Under the pieces are notes generated by a model that searched no databases, was not told the origin of the DNA, and was given only the letters and a program-made list of their open reading frames with translations. DNA of 64,000 nt, taken from Eledone cirrhosa. Taxonomy: Eukaryota. Positions 33,096 to 49,600 of this stretch are shown here, piece after piece (within the stretch, counting starts at the first letter, position 1; the number at the start of each line of letters is the position of its first letter). The stretch is from contig OZ024750.1 in assembly GCA_964016885.1 (NCBI GenBank), positions 35,774,001-35,838,000 on the forward strand. Direction: 5' to 3'. A program made the translations under genes and the position numbers.

Positions 33096-35499
33096 ATACA
33101 GTTAATATATTATACAGTTACTATATTATACAGTTACTATATTATACTGTTACTATATTATACAGTTACTATATTATACTGTTACTATATTACACTGTTA
33201 CTATATTATACTGTTACTATATTATACTGTTACTATATTATACAGTTACTATATAATACTGTTACTATATTATACAGTTACTATATTATACTGTTACTAT
33301 ATTATACTGTTACTATATTATGTAGTTACTATATTATACTGTTACTATATTATGTAGTTACTGTATTATACAGTTACTATATTATACAGTTACTATATTA
33401 TACAGTTACTATATTATACTGTTACTATATTATACTGTTACTATATTATACTGTTACTATATTATACAGTTACTATATTATACTGTTACTATATTATACT
33501 GTTACTATATTATACAGTTACTATATTATACTGTTACTATATTATACAGTTACTATATTATACTGTTACTATATTATGCTGTTACTATATTATACTGTTA
33601 CTATATTATACAGTTACTATATTATACTGTTACTATATTATGTAGTTACTATATTATACTGTTAGTATATTATGTAGTTACTATAGTATACTGTTACTAT
33701 ATTATGTAGTTACTATATTATACAGTTACTATATTATACAGTTACTATATTATACTGTTACTATATTATACTGTTACTATATTATACTGTTACTATATTA
33801 TGTAGTTACTATATTATACAGTTACTATATTATGTAGTTACTATATTATACTGTTACTATATTATGTAGTTACTATATTATACAGTTACTATATTATATA
33901 GTTACTATATTATACAGTTACTATATTATACAGTTACTATATTATACTGTAACTATATTATACAGTTACTATATTATACTGTTACTATATTATACTGTTA
34001 CTATATTATACTGTTACTATATTATACTGTTACTATATTATGTAGTTACTATGTTATACTGTTACTATATTATACTGTTACTATATTATACATTTACTAT
34101 ATTATACAGTTACTATATTATACTGTTACTATATTATACGGTTACTATATTATACAGTTACTATATTATACAGTTACTATATTATACAGTTACAATATTA
34201 TACTGTTACTATATTATACAGTTACTATATTATACAGTTACTATATTATACTGTTACTATATTATGTTGTTACTATATTATACAGTTACTATATTATACT
34301 GTTACTATATTATACTGTTACTATATTATACTGTTACTATATTATACAGTTACTATATTATACGGTTACTATATTATACTGTTACTATATTATGTAGTTA
34401 CTATATCATACAGTTACTATATTATACTGTTACTATATTATACTCTTACTATATTATACAGTTACTATATTATACTGTTACTATATTATACAGTTACTAT
34501 ATTATACAGTTACTGTATTATACAGTTACTATATTATACAGTTACTATATTATACTGTTACTATATAATACTGTTACTATATTATACTGTTACTATATTA
34601 TACAGTTACTATATTATACAGTTACTATATTATACTGTTACTATATTATACTGTTACTATATTATACAGTTACTATATTATACAGTTACTATATTATACT
34701 GTTACTATATTATACAGTTACTATATTATACAGTTACTATATTATACAGTTACTATATTATACTGTTACTATATTATACAGTTACTATATTATACTGTTA
34801 CTATATAATACTGTTACTATATTATACAGTTACTATATTATACAGTTACTATATTATACAGTTACTATATTATACTGTTACTATATTATGTAGTTACTAT
34901 ATTATACAGTTACTATATTATACAGTTACTATATTATACTGTTACTATATTATACAGTTACTATATTATACAGTTACTATATTATACTGTTACTATATTA
35001 TACTGTTACTATATTATACAGTTACTATATTATACTGTTACTATATTATACAGTTACTATATTATACTGTTACTATATTATACTGTTACTATATTATACT
35101 GTTACTATATTATACTGTTACTATATTATACAGTTACTATATTATACTGTTACTATATTATGTAGTTACTATATTATACTGTTACTATATTATACTGTTA
35201 CTATATTATGTAGTTACTATATTATACAGTTACTATATTATACAGTTACTATATTATACTGTTACTATATTATACTGTTACTATATTATACTGTTACTAT
35301 ATTATGTAGTTACTATATTATACAGTTACTATATTATGTAGTTACTATATTATACTGTTACTATATTATGTAGTTACTATATTATACAGTTCCTATATTA
35401 TACAGTTACTATATTATACTGTTACTATATTATACAGTTACTATATTATACTGTTACTATATCATGTAGTTACTATATTATACTGTTACTATATTATGT

Positions 35500-38090
35500 A
35501 GTTACTATATTATACAGTTACTATATTATATAGCTACTATATTATACAGTTACTATATTATACAGTTACTATATTATACTGTTACTATATTATACAGTTA
35601 CTATACTATACTGTTACTATATTATACTGTTACTATATTATACTGTTACTATATTATACTGTTACTATATTATGTAGTTACTATATTATACAGTTACTAT
35701 ATTATACTGTTACTATATTATACAGTTACTATATTATACAGTTACTATATTATACTGTTACTATATTATACGGTTACTATATTATACAGTTACTATATTA
35801 TACAGTTACTATATTATACAGTTACTATATTATACTGTTACTATATTATACAGTTACTATATTATACAGTTACTATATTATACTGTTACTATATTATACT
35901 GTTACTATATTATACTGTTACTATATTATACAGTTACTATATTATACGGTTACTATATTATACTGTTACTATATTATGTAGTTACTATATCATACAGTTA
36001 CTATATTATACAGTTACTATATCATACTGTTACTATATTATACAGTTACTATATTATACTGTTACTATATTATACAGTTACTATATTATACAGTTACTAT
36101 ATTATACAGTTACTATATTATACTGTTACTATATTATACAGTTACTATATTATACTGTTACTATATTATACTGTTACTATATTATACAGTTACTATATTA
36201 TACAGTTACTATATTATACAGTTACTATATTATACTGTTACTATATTATACTGTTACTATATTATACAGTTACTATATTATACAGTTACTATATTATACT
36301 GTTACTATATTATACTGTTACTATATTATACTGTTACTATATTATACTGTTACTATATTATACAGTTACTATATTATACTGTTACTATATTATACAGTTA
36401 CTATATTATACTGTTACTATATTATACTGTTACTATATTATGTAGTTAGTATATTATACTGTTACTATATTATGTAGTTACTATATTATACTGTTACTAT
36501 ATTATGTAGTTACTATATTATACAGTTACTATATTATACAGTAACTATTTTATACAGTTACTATATTATACTGTTACTATATTATACAGTTACTATATTA
36601 TACAGTTACTATATTATACTGTTACTATATTATACGGTTACTATATTATACTGTTACTATATTATGTAGTTACTATATCATACAGTTACTATATTATACT
36701 GTTACTATCTTATACTGTTACTATATTATACAGTTACTATATTATACTGTTACTATATTATACAGTTAATATATTATACAGTTACTATATTATGTAGTTA
36801 CTATATTATACAGTTACTATATTATATAGCTACTATATTATACAGTTACTATATTATACAGTTACTATATTATACTGTTACTATATTATACAGTTACTAT
36901 ACTATACTGTTACTATATTATACTGTTACTATATTATACTGTTACTATATTATACTGTTACTATATTATGTAGTTACTATATTATACAGTTACTATATTA
37001 TACTGTTACTATATTATACAGTTACTATATTATACAGTTACTATATTATACTGTTACTATATTATACGGTTACTATATTATACAGTTACTATATTATACA
37101 GTTACTATATTATACAGTTACTATATTATACTGTTACTATATTATACAGTTACTATATTATACAGTTACTATATTATACTGTTACTATATTATACTGTTA
37201 CTATATTATACTGTTACTATATTATACAGTTACTATATTATACGGTTACTATATTATACTGTTACTATATTATGTAGTTACTATATCATACAGTTACTAT
37301 ATTATACAGTTACTATATCATACTGTTACTATATTATACAGTTACTATATTATACTGTTACTATATTATACAGTTACTATATTATACAGTTACTATATTA
37401 TACAGTTACTATATTATACTGTTACTATATTATACAGTTACTATATTATACTGTTACTATATTATACTGTTACTATATTATACAGTTACTATATTATACA
37501 GTTACTATATTATACAGTTACTATATTATACTGTTACTATATTATACTGTTACTATATTATACAGTTACTATATTATACAGTTACTATATTATACTGTTA
37601 CTATATTATACTGTTACTATATTATACTGTTACTATATTATACTGTTACTATATTATACAGTTACTATATTATACTGTTACTATATTATACAGTTACTAT
37701 ATTATACTGTTACTATATTATACTGTTACTATATTATGTAGTTACTATATTATACTGTTACTATATTATGTAGTTACTATATTATACTGTTACTATATTA
37801 TGTAGTTACTATATTATACAGTTACTATATTATACAGTAACTATTTTATACAGTTACTATTTTATACTGTTACTATATTATACAGTTACTATATTATACA
37901 GTTACTATATTATACTGTTACTATATTATACGGTTACTATATTATACTGTTACTATATTATGTAGTTACTATATCATACAGTTACTATATTATACTGTTA
38001 CTATCTTATACTGTTACTATATTATACAGTTACTATATTATACTGTTACTATATTATACAGTTAATATATTATACAGTTACTATATTATA
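35500..38090 (+). repeat. Tandem duplication, unit 1296 bp (81 monomers)
   Basis: gctact at 35533/36829 and gtaactatttt at 36541/37837. Confidence 0.85.
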
Positions 38091-41000
38091 CAGTTACTAT
38101 ATTATACTGTTACTATATTATACTGTTACTATATTATACTGTTACTATATTATACAGTTACTATATTATACAGTTACTATATTATACAGTTACTATATTA
38201 TACTGTTCCTATATTATACAGTTACTATATTATACTGTTACTATATTACACTGTTACTATATTATACTGTTACTATATTATACTGTTACTATATTATACA
38301 GTTACTATATTATACTGTTACTATATTATACAGTTACTATATTATACTGTTACTATATTATACTGTTACTATATTATGTAGTTACTATATTATACTGTTA
38401 CGATATTATGTAGTTACTATATTATACAGTTACTATATTATACAGTTACTATATTATACTGTTACTATATTATACAGTTACTATATTATACTGTTACTAT
38501 ATTATACAGTTACTATATTATACTGTTACTATATTATACAGTTACTATATTATACAGTTACTATATTATACTGTTACTATATTATACTGTTACTATATTA
38601 TACAGTTACTATATTATACTGTTACTATATTATACTGTTACTATATTATACAGTTACTATATTATACTGTTACTATATTATGTAGTTAATATATTATGTA
38701 GTTACTATATTATACAGTTACTATATTATACTGTTACTATATTATACAGTTACTATATTATACTGTTACTATATTATACTGTTACTATATTATACTGTTA
38801 CTATATTATACAGTTACTATATTATACTGTTACTATATTATGTAGTTACTATATTATACTGTTACTATATTATGTAGTTACTATATTATACTGTTACTAT
38901 ATTATGTAGTTACTATATTATAAAGTTACTATATTATACAGTTACTATATTATACTGTTACTATATTATACTGTTACTATATTATACTGTTACTATATTA
39001 TGTAGTTACTATATTATACAGTTACTATATTATGTAGTTACTATATTATACTGTTACTATATTATGTAGTTACTATATTATACAGTTACTATATTATACA
39101 GTTACTATATTATACTGTTACTATATTATACAGTTACTATATTATACTGTTACTATATTATGTAGTTACTATATTATACTGTTACTATATTATGTAGTTA
39201 CTATATTATACAGTTACTATATTATACAGTTACTATATTATACAGTTACTATATTATACAGTTACTATATTATACTGTTACTATATTATACAGTTACTAT
39301 ATTATACTATTAATATATTATACTGTTACTATATTATACTGTTACTATATAATGTAGTTACTATATTATGTAGTTACTATATTATACAGTTATTATATTA
39401 TACTGTTATTATATTACACAGTTACTATATTATACAGTTACTATATTATACTGTTACTATATTATACAGTTACTATATTATGCAGTTACTATATTATACA
39501 GTTACTATATTATACAGTTACTATATTATGCTGTTACTATATTATACAGTTACTATATTATACAGTTACTATATTATACTGTTACTATATTATGTAGTTA
39601 CTATATTATACAGTTACTATATTATACTGTTACTATATTATACTGTTACTATATTATACAGTTACTATATTATACTGTTACTATATTATACTGTTACTAT
39701 ATTATACTGTTACTATGTTATACTGTTACTATATTATGTAGTTACTATATTATACTGTTACTATATTATGTAGTTACTTTATTATACTGTTACTATATTA
39801 TACTGTTACTATATTATACTGTTACTATATTATACAGTTACTATATTATGTAGTTACTATATTATACTATTACTATATTATACAGTTACTATATTATGTA
39901 GTTACTATATTATACTGTTACTATATTATACTGTTACTATATTATACTGTTAGTATATTATGTAGTTACTATATTATACTGTTACTATATTATACTGTTA
40001 CTATATTATACTGTTACTATATTATACAGTTAGTATATTATGTAGTTACTATATTATACTATTACTATATTATACAGTTACTATATTATGTAGTTACTAT
40101 ATTATACTGTTACTATATTATACTGTTAATATATTATACAGTTACTATATTATGTAGTTACTATATTATACAGTTACTATATTATACAGTTACTATATTA
40201 TACAGTTACTATATTATACAGTTACTATATTATACAGTTACTATATTATGTAGTTACTATATTATACAGTTACTATATTATGTAGTTACTATATTATACA
40301 GTTACTATATTATACTGTTACTATATTATACAGTTACTATATTATACAGTTACTATATTATACTGTTACTATATTATGTAGTTACTATATTATACTGTTA
40401 CTATATTATACTGTTACTATATTATACTGTTACTATGTTATATTGTTACTATATTATACTGTTACTATATTATACTGTTACTATATTATACTGTTCCTAT
40501 ATTATACAGTTACTATATTATACTGTTACTATATTACACTGTTACTATATTATACTGTTACTATATTATACTGTTACTATATTATACAGTTAATATATTA
40601 TACAGTTACTATATTATACTGTTACTATATTATACTGTTACTATATTATACTGTTACTATATTATACTGTTACTATATTATACAGTTACTATATTATACT
40701 GTTACTATATTATACAGTTACTATATTATACTGTTACTATATTATACTGTTACTATATTATGTAGTTACTATATTATACTGTTACTATATTATGTAGTTA
40801 CTATATTATACTGTTACTATATTATGTAGTTACTATATTATACAGTTACTATATTATACAGTAACTATTTTATACAGTTACTATTTTATACTGTTACTAT
40901 ATTATACAGTTACTATATTATACAGTTACTATATTATACTGTTACTATATTATACGGTTACTATATTATACTGTTACTATATTATGTAGTTACTATATCA

Positions 41001-43630
41001 TACAGTTACTATATTATACTGTTACTATCTTATACTGTTACTATATTATACAGTTACTATATTATACTGTTACTATATTATACAGTTAATATATTATCCA
41101 GTTACTATATTATACAGTTACTATATTATACTGTTACTATATTATACTGTTACTATATTATACTGTTACTATATTATACAGTTACTATATTATACAGTTA
41201 CTATATTATACAGTTACTATATTATACTGTTCCTATATTATACAGTTACTATATTATACTGTTACTATATTACACTGTTACTATATTATACTGTTACTAT
41301 ATTATACTGTTACTATATTATACAGTTACTATATTATACTGTTACTATATTATACAGTTACTATATTATACTGTTACTATATTATACTGTTACTATATTA
41401 TGTAGTTACTATATTATACTGTTACGATATTATGTAGTTACTATATTATACAGTTACTATATTATACAGTTACTATATTATACTGTTACTATATTATACA
41501 GTTACTATATTATACTGTTACTATATTATACAGTTACTATATTATACTGTTACTATATTATACAGTTACTATATTATACAGTTACTATATTATACTGTTA
41601 CTATATTATACTGTTACTATATTATACAGTTACTATATTATACTGTTACTATATTATACTGTTACTATATTATACAGTTACTATATTATACTGTTACTAT
41701 ATTATGTAGTTAATATATTATGTAGTTACTATATTATACAGTTACTATATTATACTGTTACTATATTATACAGTTACTATATTATACTGTTACTATATTA
41801 TACTGTTACTATATTATACTGTTACTATATTATACAGTTACTATATTATACTGTTACTATATTATGTAGTTACTATATTATACTGTTACTATATTATGTA
41901 GTTACTATATTATACTGTTACTATATTATGTAGTTACTATATTATAAAGTTACTATATTATACAGTTACTATATTATACTGTTACTATATTATACTGTTA
42001 CTATATTATACTGTTACTATATTATGTAGTTACTATATTATACAGTTACTATATTATGTAGTTACTATATTATACTGTTACTATATTATGTAGTTACTAT
42101 ATTATACAGTTACTATATTATACAGTTACTATATTATACTGTTACTATATTATACAGTTACTATATTATACTGTTACTATATTATGTAGTTACTATATTA
42201 TACTGTTACTATATTATGTAGTTACTATATTATACAGTTACTATATTATACAGTTACTATATTATACAGTTACTATATTATACAGTTACTATATTATACT
42301 GTTACTATATTATACAGTTACTATATTATACTATTAATATATTATACTGTTACTATATTATACTGTTACTATATAATGTAGTTACTATATTATGTAGTTA
42401 CTATATTATACAGTTATTATATTATACTGTTATTATATTACACAGTTACTATATTATACAGTTACTATATTATACTGTTACTATATTATACAGTTACTAT
42501 ATTATGCAGTTACTATATTATACAGTTACTATATTATACAGTTACTATATTATGCTGTTACTATATTATACAGTTACTATATTATACAGTTACTATATTA
42601 TACTGTTACTATATTATGTAGTTACTATATTATACAGTTACTATATTATACTGTTACTATATTATACTGTTACTATATTATACAGTTACTATATTATACT
42701 GTTACTATATTATACTGTTACTATATTATACTGTTACTATGTTATACTGTTACTATATTATGTAGTTACTATATTATACTGTTACTATATTATGTAGTTA
42801 CTTTATTATACTGTTACTATATTATACTGTTACTATATTATACTGTTACTATATTATACAGTTACTATATTATGTAGTTACTATATTATACTATTACTAT
42901 ATTATACAGTTACTATATTATGTAGTTACTATATTATACTGTTACTATATTATACTGTTACTATATTATACTGTTAGTATATTATGTAGTTACTATATTA
43001 TACTGTTACTATATTATACTGTTACTATATTATACTGTTACTATATTATACAGTTAGTATATTATGTAGTTACTATATTATACTATTACTATATTATACA
43101 GTTACTATATTATGTAGTTACTATATTATACTGTTACTATATTATACTGTTAATATATTATACAGTTACTATATTATGTAGTTACTATATTATACAGTTA
43201 CTATATTATACAGTTACTATATTATACAGTTACTATATTATACAGTTACTATATTATACAGTTACTATATTATGTAGTTACTATATTATACAGTTACTAT
43301 ATTATGTAGTTACTATATTATACAGTTACTATATTATACTGTTACTATATTATACAGTTACTATATTATACAGTTACTATATTATACTGTTACTATATTA
43401 TGTAGTTACTATATTATACTGTTACTATATTATACTGTTACTATATTATACTGTTACTATGTTATATTGTTACTATATTATACTGTTACTATATTATACT
43501 GTTACTATATTATACTGTTCCTATATTATACAGTTACTATATTATACTGTTACTATATTACACTGTTACTATATTATACTGTTACTATATTATACTGTTA
43601 CTATATTATACAGTTAATATATTATACAGT
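37570..43630 (+). repeat. Tandem duplication, unit 3024 bp (189 monomers)
   Basis: cgat marker at 38401/41425. Pseudo-ORFs at 39480/42504 and 40443/43467. Confidence 0.9.
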
Positions 43631-43699
43631 TACTATATTATACAGTTACTATATTATACTGTTACTATATTATACTGTTACTATATTATACTGTTACTA

Positions 43700-46600
43700 T
43701 ATTATACAGTTACTATATTAGACAGTTACTATATTATACAGTTACTATATTATACTGTTCCTATATTATACAGTTACTATATTATACTGTTACTATATTA
43801 CACTGTTACTATATTATACTGTTACTATATTATACTGTTACTATATTATACAGTTACTATATTATACTGTTACTATATTATACAGTTACTATATTATACT
43901 GTTACTATATTATACTGTTACTATATTATGTAGTTACTATATTATACTGTTACGATATTATGTAGTTACTATATTATACAGTTACTATATTATACAGTTA
44001 CTATATTATACTGTTACTATATTATACAGTTACTATATTATACTGTTACTATATTATACAGTTACTATATTATACTGTTACTATATTATACAGTTACTAT
44101 ATTATACAGTTACTATATTATACTGTTACTATATTATACTGTTACTATATTATACAGTTACTATATTATACTGTTACTATATTATACTGTTACTATATTA
44201 TACAGTTACTATATTATACTGTTACTATATTATGTAGTTAATATATTATGTAGTTACTATATTATACAGTTACTATATTATACTGTTACTATATTATACA
44301 GTTACTATATTATACTGTTACTATATTATACTGTTACTATATTATACTGTTACTATATTATACAGTTACTATATTATACTGTTACTATATTATGTAGTTA
44401 CTATATTATACTGTTACTATATTATGTAGTTACTATATTATACTGTTACTATATTATGTAGTTACTATATTATAAAGTTACTATATTATACAGTTACTAT
44501 ATTATACTGTTACTATATTATACTGTTACTATATTATACTGTTACTATATTATGTAGTTACTATATTATACAGTTACTATATTATGTAGTTACTATATTA
44601 TACTGTTACTATATTATGTAGTTACTATATTATACAGTTACTATATTATACAGTTACTATATTATACTGTTACTATATTATACAGTTACTATATTATACT
44701 GTTACTATATTATGTAGTTACTATATTATACTGTTACTATATTATGTAGTTACTATATTATACAGTTACTATATTATACAGTTACTATATTATACAGTTA
44801 CTATATTATACAGTTACTATATTATACTGTTACTATATTATACAGTTACTATATTATACTATTAATATATTATACTGTTACTATATTATACTGTTACTAT
44901 ATAATGTAGTTACTATATTATGTAGTTACTATACTATACATTTATTATATTATACTGTTATTATATTACACAGTTACTATATTATACAGTTACTATATTA
45001 TACTGTTACTATATTATACAGTTACTATATTATGCAGTTACTATATTATACAGTTATTATATTATGCTGTTACTATATTATACAGTTACTATATTATACA
45101 GTTACTATATTATGCTGTTACTATATTATACAGTTACTATATTATACAGTTACTATATTATACTGTTACTATATTATGTAGTTACTATATTATACAGTTA
45201 CTATATTATACTGTTACTATATTATAATGTTACTATATTATACAGTTACTATATTATACTGTTACTATATTATACTGTTACTATATTATACTGTTACTAT
45301 ATTATACTGTTACTATATTATGTAGTTACTATATTATACTGTTACTATATTATGTAGTTACTTTATTATACTGTTACTCTATTATACTGTTACTATATTA
45401 TACAGTTACTATATTATGTAGTTACTATATTTACAGTTACTATATTATACAGTTACTATATTATACTGTTACTATATTATACTGTTAGTATATTATGTAG
45501 TTACTATATTATACTGTTACTATATTATACTGTTACTATATTATACTGTTACTATATTATACAGTTAGTATATTATGTAGTTACTATATTATACTGTTAC
45601 TATATTATACTGTTAATATATTATACAGTTACTATATTATGTAGTTACTATATTATACAGTTACTATATTATACAGTTACTATATTATACAGTTACTATA
45701 TTATACAGTTACTATATTATGTAATTACTATATTATACAGTTACTATATTATGTAGTTACTATATTATACAGTTACTATATTATACTGTTACTATTTTAT
45801 ACAGTTACTATATTATACAGTTACTATATTATACTGTTACTATATTATGTAGTTACTATATTATACTGTTACTATATTATACTGTTACTATATTATACTG
45901 TTACTATGTTATATTGTTACTATATTATACTGTTACTATATTATACAGTTACTATATTATACTGTTACTATATTATACAGTTAATATATTATACTGTTAC
46001 TATATTATACAGTTACTATATTATACAGTTACTATATTATACTGTTACTATATTATACTGTTACTATATTATACTGTTACTATATTATACAGTTACTATA
46101 TTATACGGTTACTATATTATACTGTTACTATATTATGTAGTTACTATATCATACAGTTACTATATTATACTGTTACTATATTATACTCTTACTATATTAT
46201 ACAGTTACTATATTATACTGTTACTATATTATACAGTTACTATATTATACAGTTACTGTATTATACAGTTACTATATTATACAGTTACTATATTATACTG
46301 TTACTATATAATACTGTTACTATATTATACTGTTACTATATTATACAGTTACTATATTATACAGTTACTATATTATACTGTTATTATATTATACTGTTAC
46401 TATATTATACAGTTACTATATTATACAGTTACTATATTATACTGTTACTATATTATACAGTTACTATATTATACTGTTACTATATTATACAGTTACTATA
46501 TTATACAGTTACTATATTATACAGTTACTATATTATACTGTTACTATATTATACAGTTACTATATTATACTGTTACTATATAATACTGTTACTATATTAT

Positions 46601-49600
46601 ACAGTTACTATATTATACAGTTACTATATTATACAGTTACTATATTATACTGTTACTATATTATACTGTTACTATATTATACTGTTACTATATTATACTG
46701 TTACTATATTATACAGTTAGTATATTATGTAGTTACTATATTATACTGTTACTATATTATACTGTTAATATATTATACAGTTACTATATTATGTAGTTAC
46801 TATATTATACAGTTACTATATTATACAGTTACTATAATATACAGTTACTATATTATACAGTTACTATATTATACAGTTACTATATTATGTAATTACTATA
46901 TTATACAGTTACTATATTATGTAGTTACTATATTATACAGTTACTATATTATACTGTTACTATTTTATACAGTTACTATATTATACAGTTACTATATTAT
47001 ACTGTTACTATATTATGTAGTTACTATATTATACTGTTACTATATTATACTGTTACTATATTATACTGTTACTATGTTATATTGTTACTATATTATACTG
47101 TTACTATATTATACAGTTACTATATTATACTGTTACTATATTATACAGTTAATATATTATACTGTTACTATATTATACAGTTACTATATTATACAGTTAC
47201 TATATTATACTGTTACTATATTATACTGTTACTATATTATACTGTTACTATATTATACAGTTACTATATTATACGGTTACTATATTATACTGTTACTATA
47301 TTATGTAGTTACTATATCATACAGTTACTATATTATACTGTTACTATATTATACTCTTACTATATTATACAGTTACTATATTATACTGTTACTATATTAT
47401 ACAGTTACTATATTATACAGTTACTGTATTATACAGTTACTATATTATACAGTTACTATATTATACTGTTACTATATAATACTGTTACTATATTATACTG
47501 TTACTATATTATACAGTTACTATATTATACAGTTACTATATTATACTGTTATTATATTATACTGTTACTATATTATACAGTTACTATATTATACAGTTAC
47601 TATATTATACTGTTACTATATTATACAGTTACTATATTATACTGTTACTATATTATACAGTTACTATATTATACAGTTACTATATTATACAGTTACTATA
47701 TTATACTGTTACTATATTATACAGTTACTATATTATACTGTTACTATATAATACTGTTACTATATTATACAGTTACTATATTATACAGTTACTATATTAT
47801 ACAGTTACTATATTATACAGTTACTATATTATACTGTTACTATATTATACAGTTACTATATTATACTGTTACTATATTATACTGTTACTATATTATACAG
47901 TTACTATATTATACAGTTACTATATTATACAGTTACTATATTATACTGTTACTATATTATACTGTTACTATATTATACAGTTACTATATTATACTGTTAC
48001 TGTATTAAACTGTTACTATATTATACAGTTACTATATTATACTGTTACTATATTATACAGTTACTATATTATACAGTTACTATATTATACTGTTACTATA
48101 TTATACTGTTACTATATTATACAGTTACTATATTATACTGTTACTATATTATACAGTTACTATATTATACTGTTACTATATTATACTGTTACTATATTAT
48201 ACTGTTACTATATTATACAGTTCCTATATTATACTGTTACTATATTATACAGTTACTATATTATACAGTTACTATATTATACAGTTACTATATTATACTG
48301 TTACTATATTATACAGTTACTATATTATACTGTTACTATATAATACTGTTACTATATTATACAGTACTATATTATACAGTTACTATATTATACAGTTACT
48401 ATATTATACAGTTACTATATTATACTGTTACTATATTATACAGTTACTATATTATACTGTTACTATATTATATTGTTACTATATTATACAGTTACTATAT
48501 TATACAGTTACTATATTATACAGTTACTATATTATACTGTTACTATATTATACTGTTACTATATTATACAGTTACTATATTATACTGTTACTGTATTAAA
48601 CTGTTACTATATTATACAGTTACTATATTATACTGTTACTATATTATACAGTTACTATATTATACAGTTACTATATTATACTGTTACTATATTATACTGT
48701 TACTATATTATACAGTTACTATATTATACTGTTACTATATTATACAGTTACTATATTATACTGTTACTATATTATACTGTTACTATATTATACTGTTACT
48801 ATATTATACAGTTACTATATTATACTGTTACTATATTATGTAGTTACTATATTATACTGTGACTATATTATACTGTTACTATATTATGTAGTTACTATAT
48901 TATACAGTTACTATATTATACAGTTACTATATTATACTGTTACTATATTATACTGTTACTATATTATACTGTTACTATATTATGTAGTTACTATATTATA
49001 CAGTTACTATATTATGTAGTTACTATATTATACTGTTACTATATTATGTAGTTACTATATTATACAGTTGCTATATTATACAGTTACTATATTATACTGT
49101 TACTATATTATACAGTTACTATATTATACTGTTACTATATTATACTGTTACTATATTATACTGTTACTATATTATACAGTTACTATATTATACAGTTACT
49201 ATATTATACAGTTACTATATTATACTGTTACTATATTATACAGTTACTATATTATACAGTTACTATATTATACAGTTACTATATTATACAGTTACTATAT
49301 TATACAGTTACTATATTATACTGTTACTATATTATACAGTTACTATATTATACTGTTACTATATAATACTGTTACTATATTATACAGTTACTATATTATA
49401 CAGTTACTATATTATACAGTTACTATATTATACTGTTACTATATTATACTGTTACTATATTATACTGTTACTATATTATACTGTTACTATATTATACAGT
49501 TAGTATATTATGTAGTTACTATATTATACTGTTACTATATTATACTGTTAATATATTATACAGTTACTATATTATGTAGTTACTATATTATACAGTTACT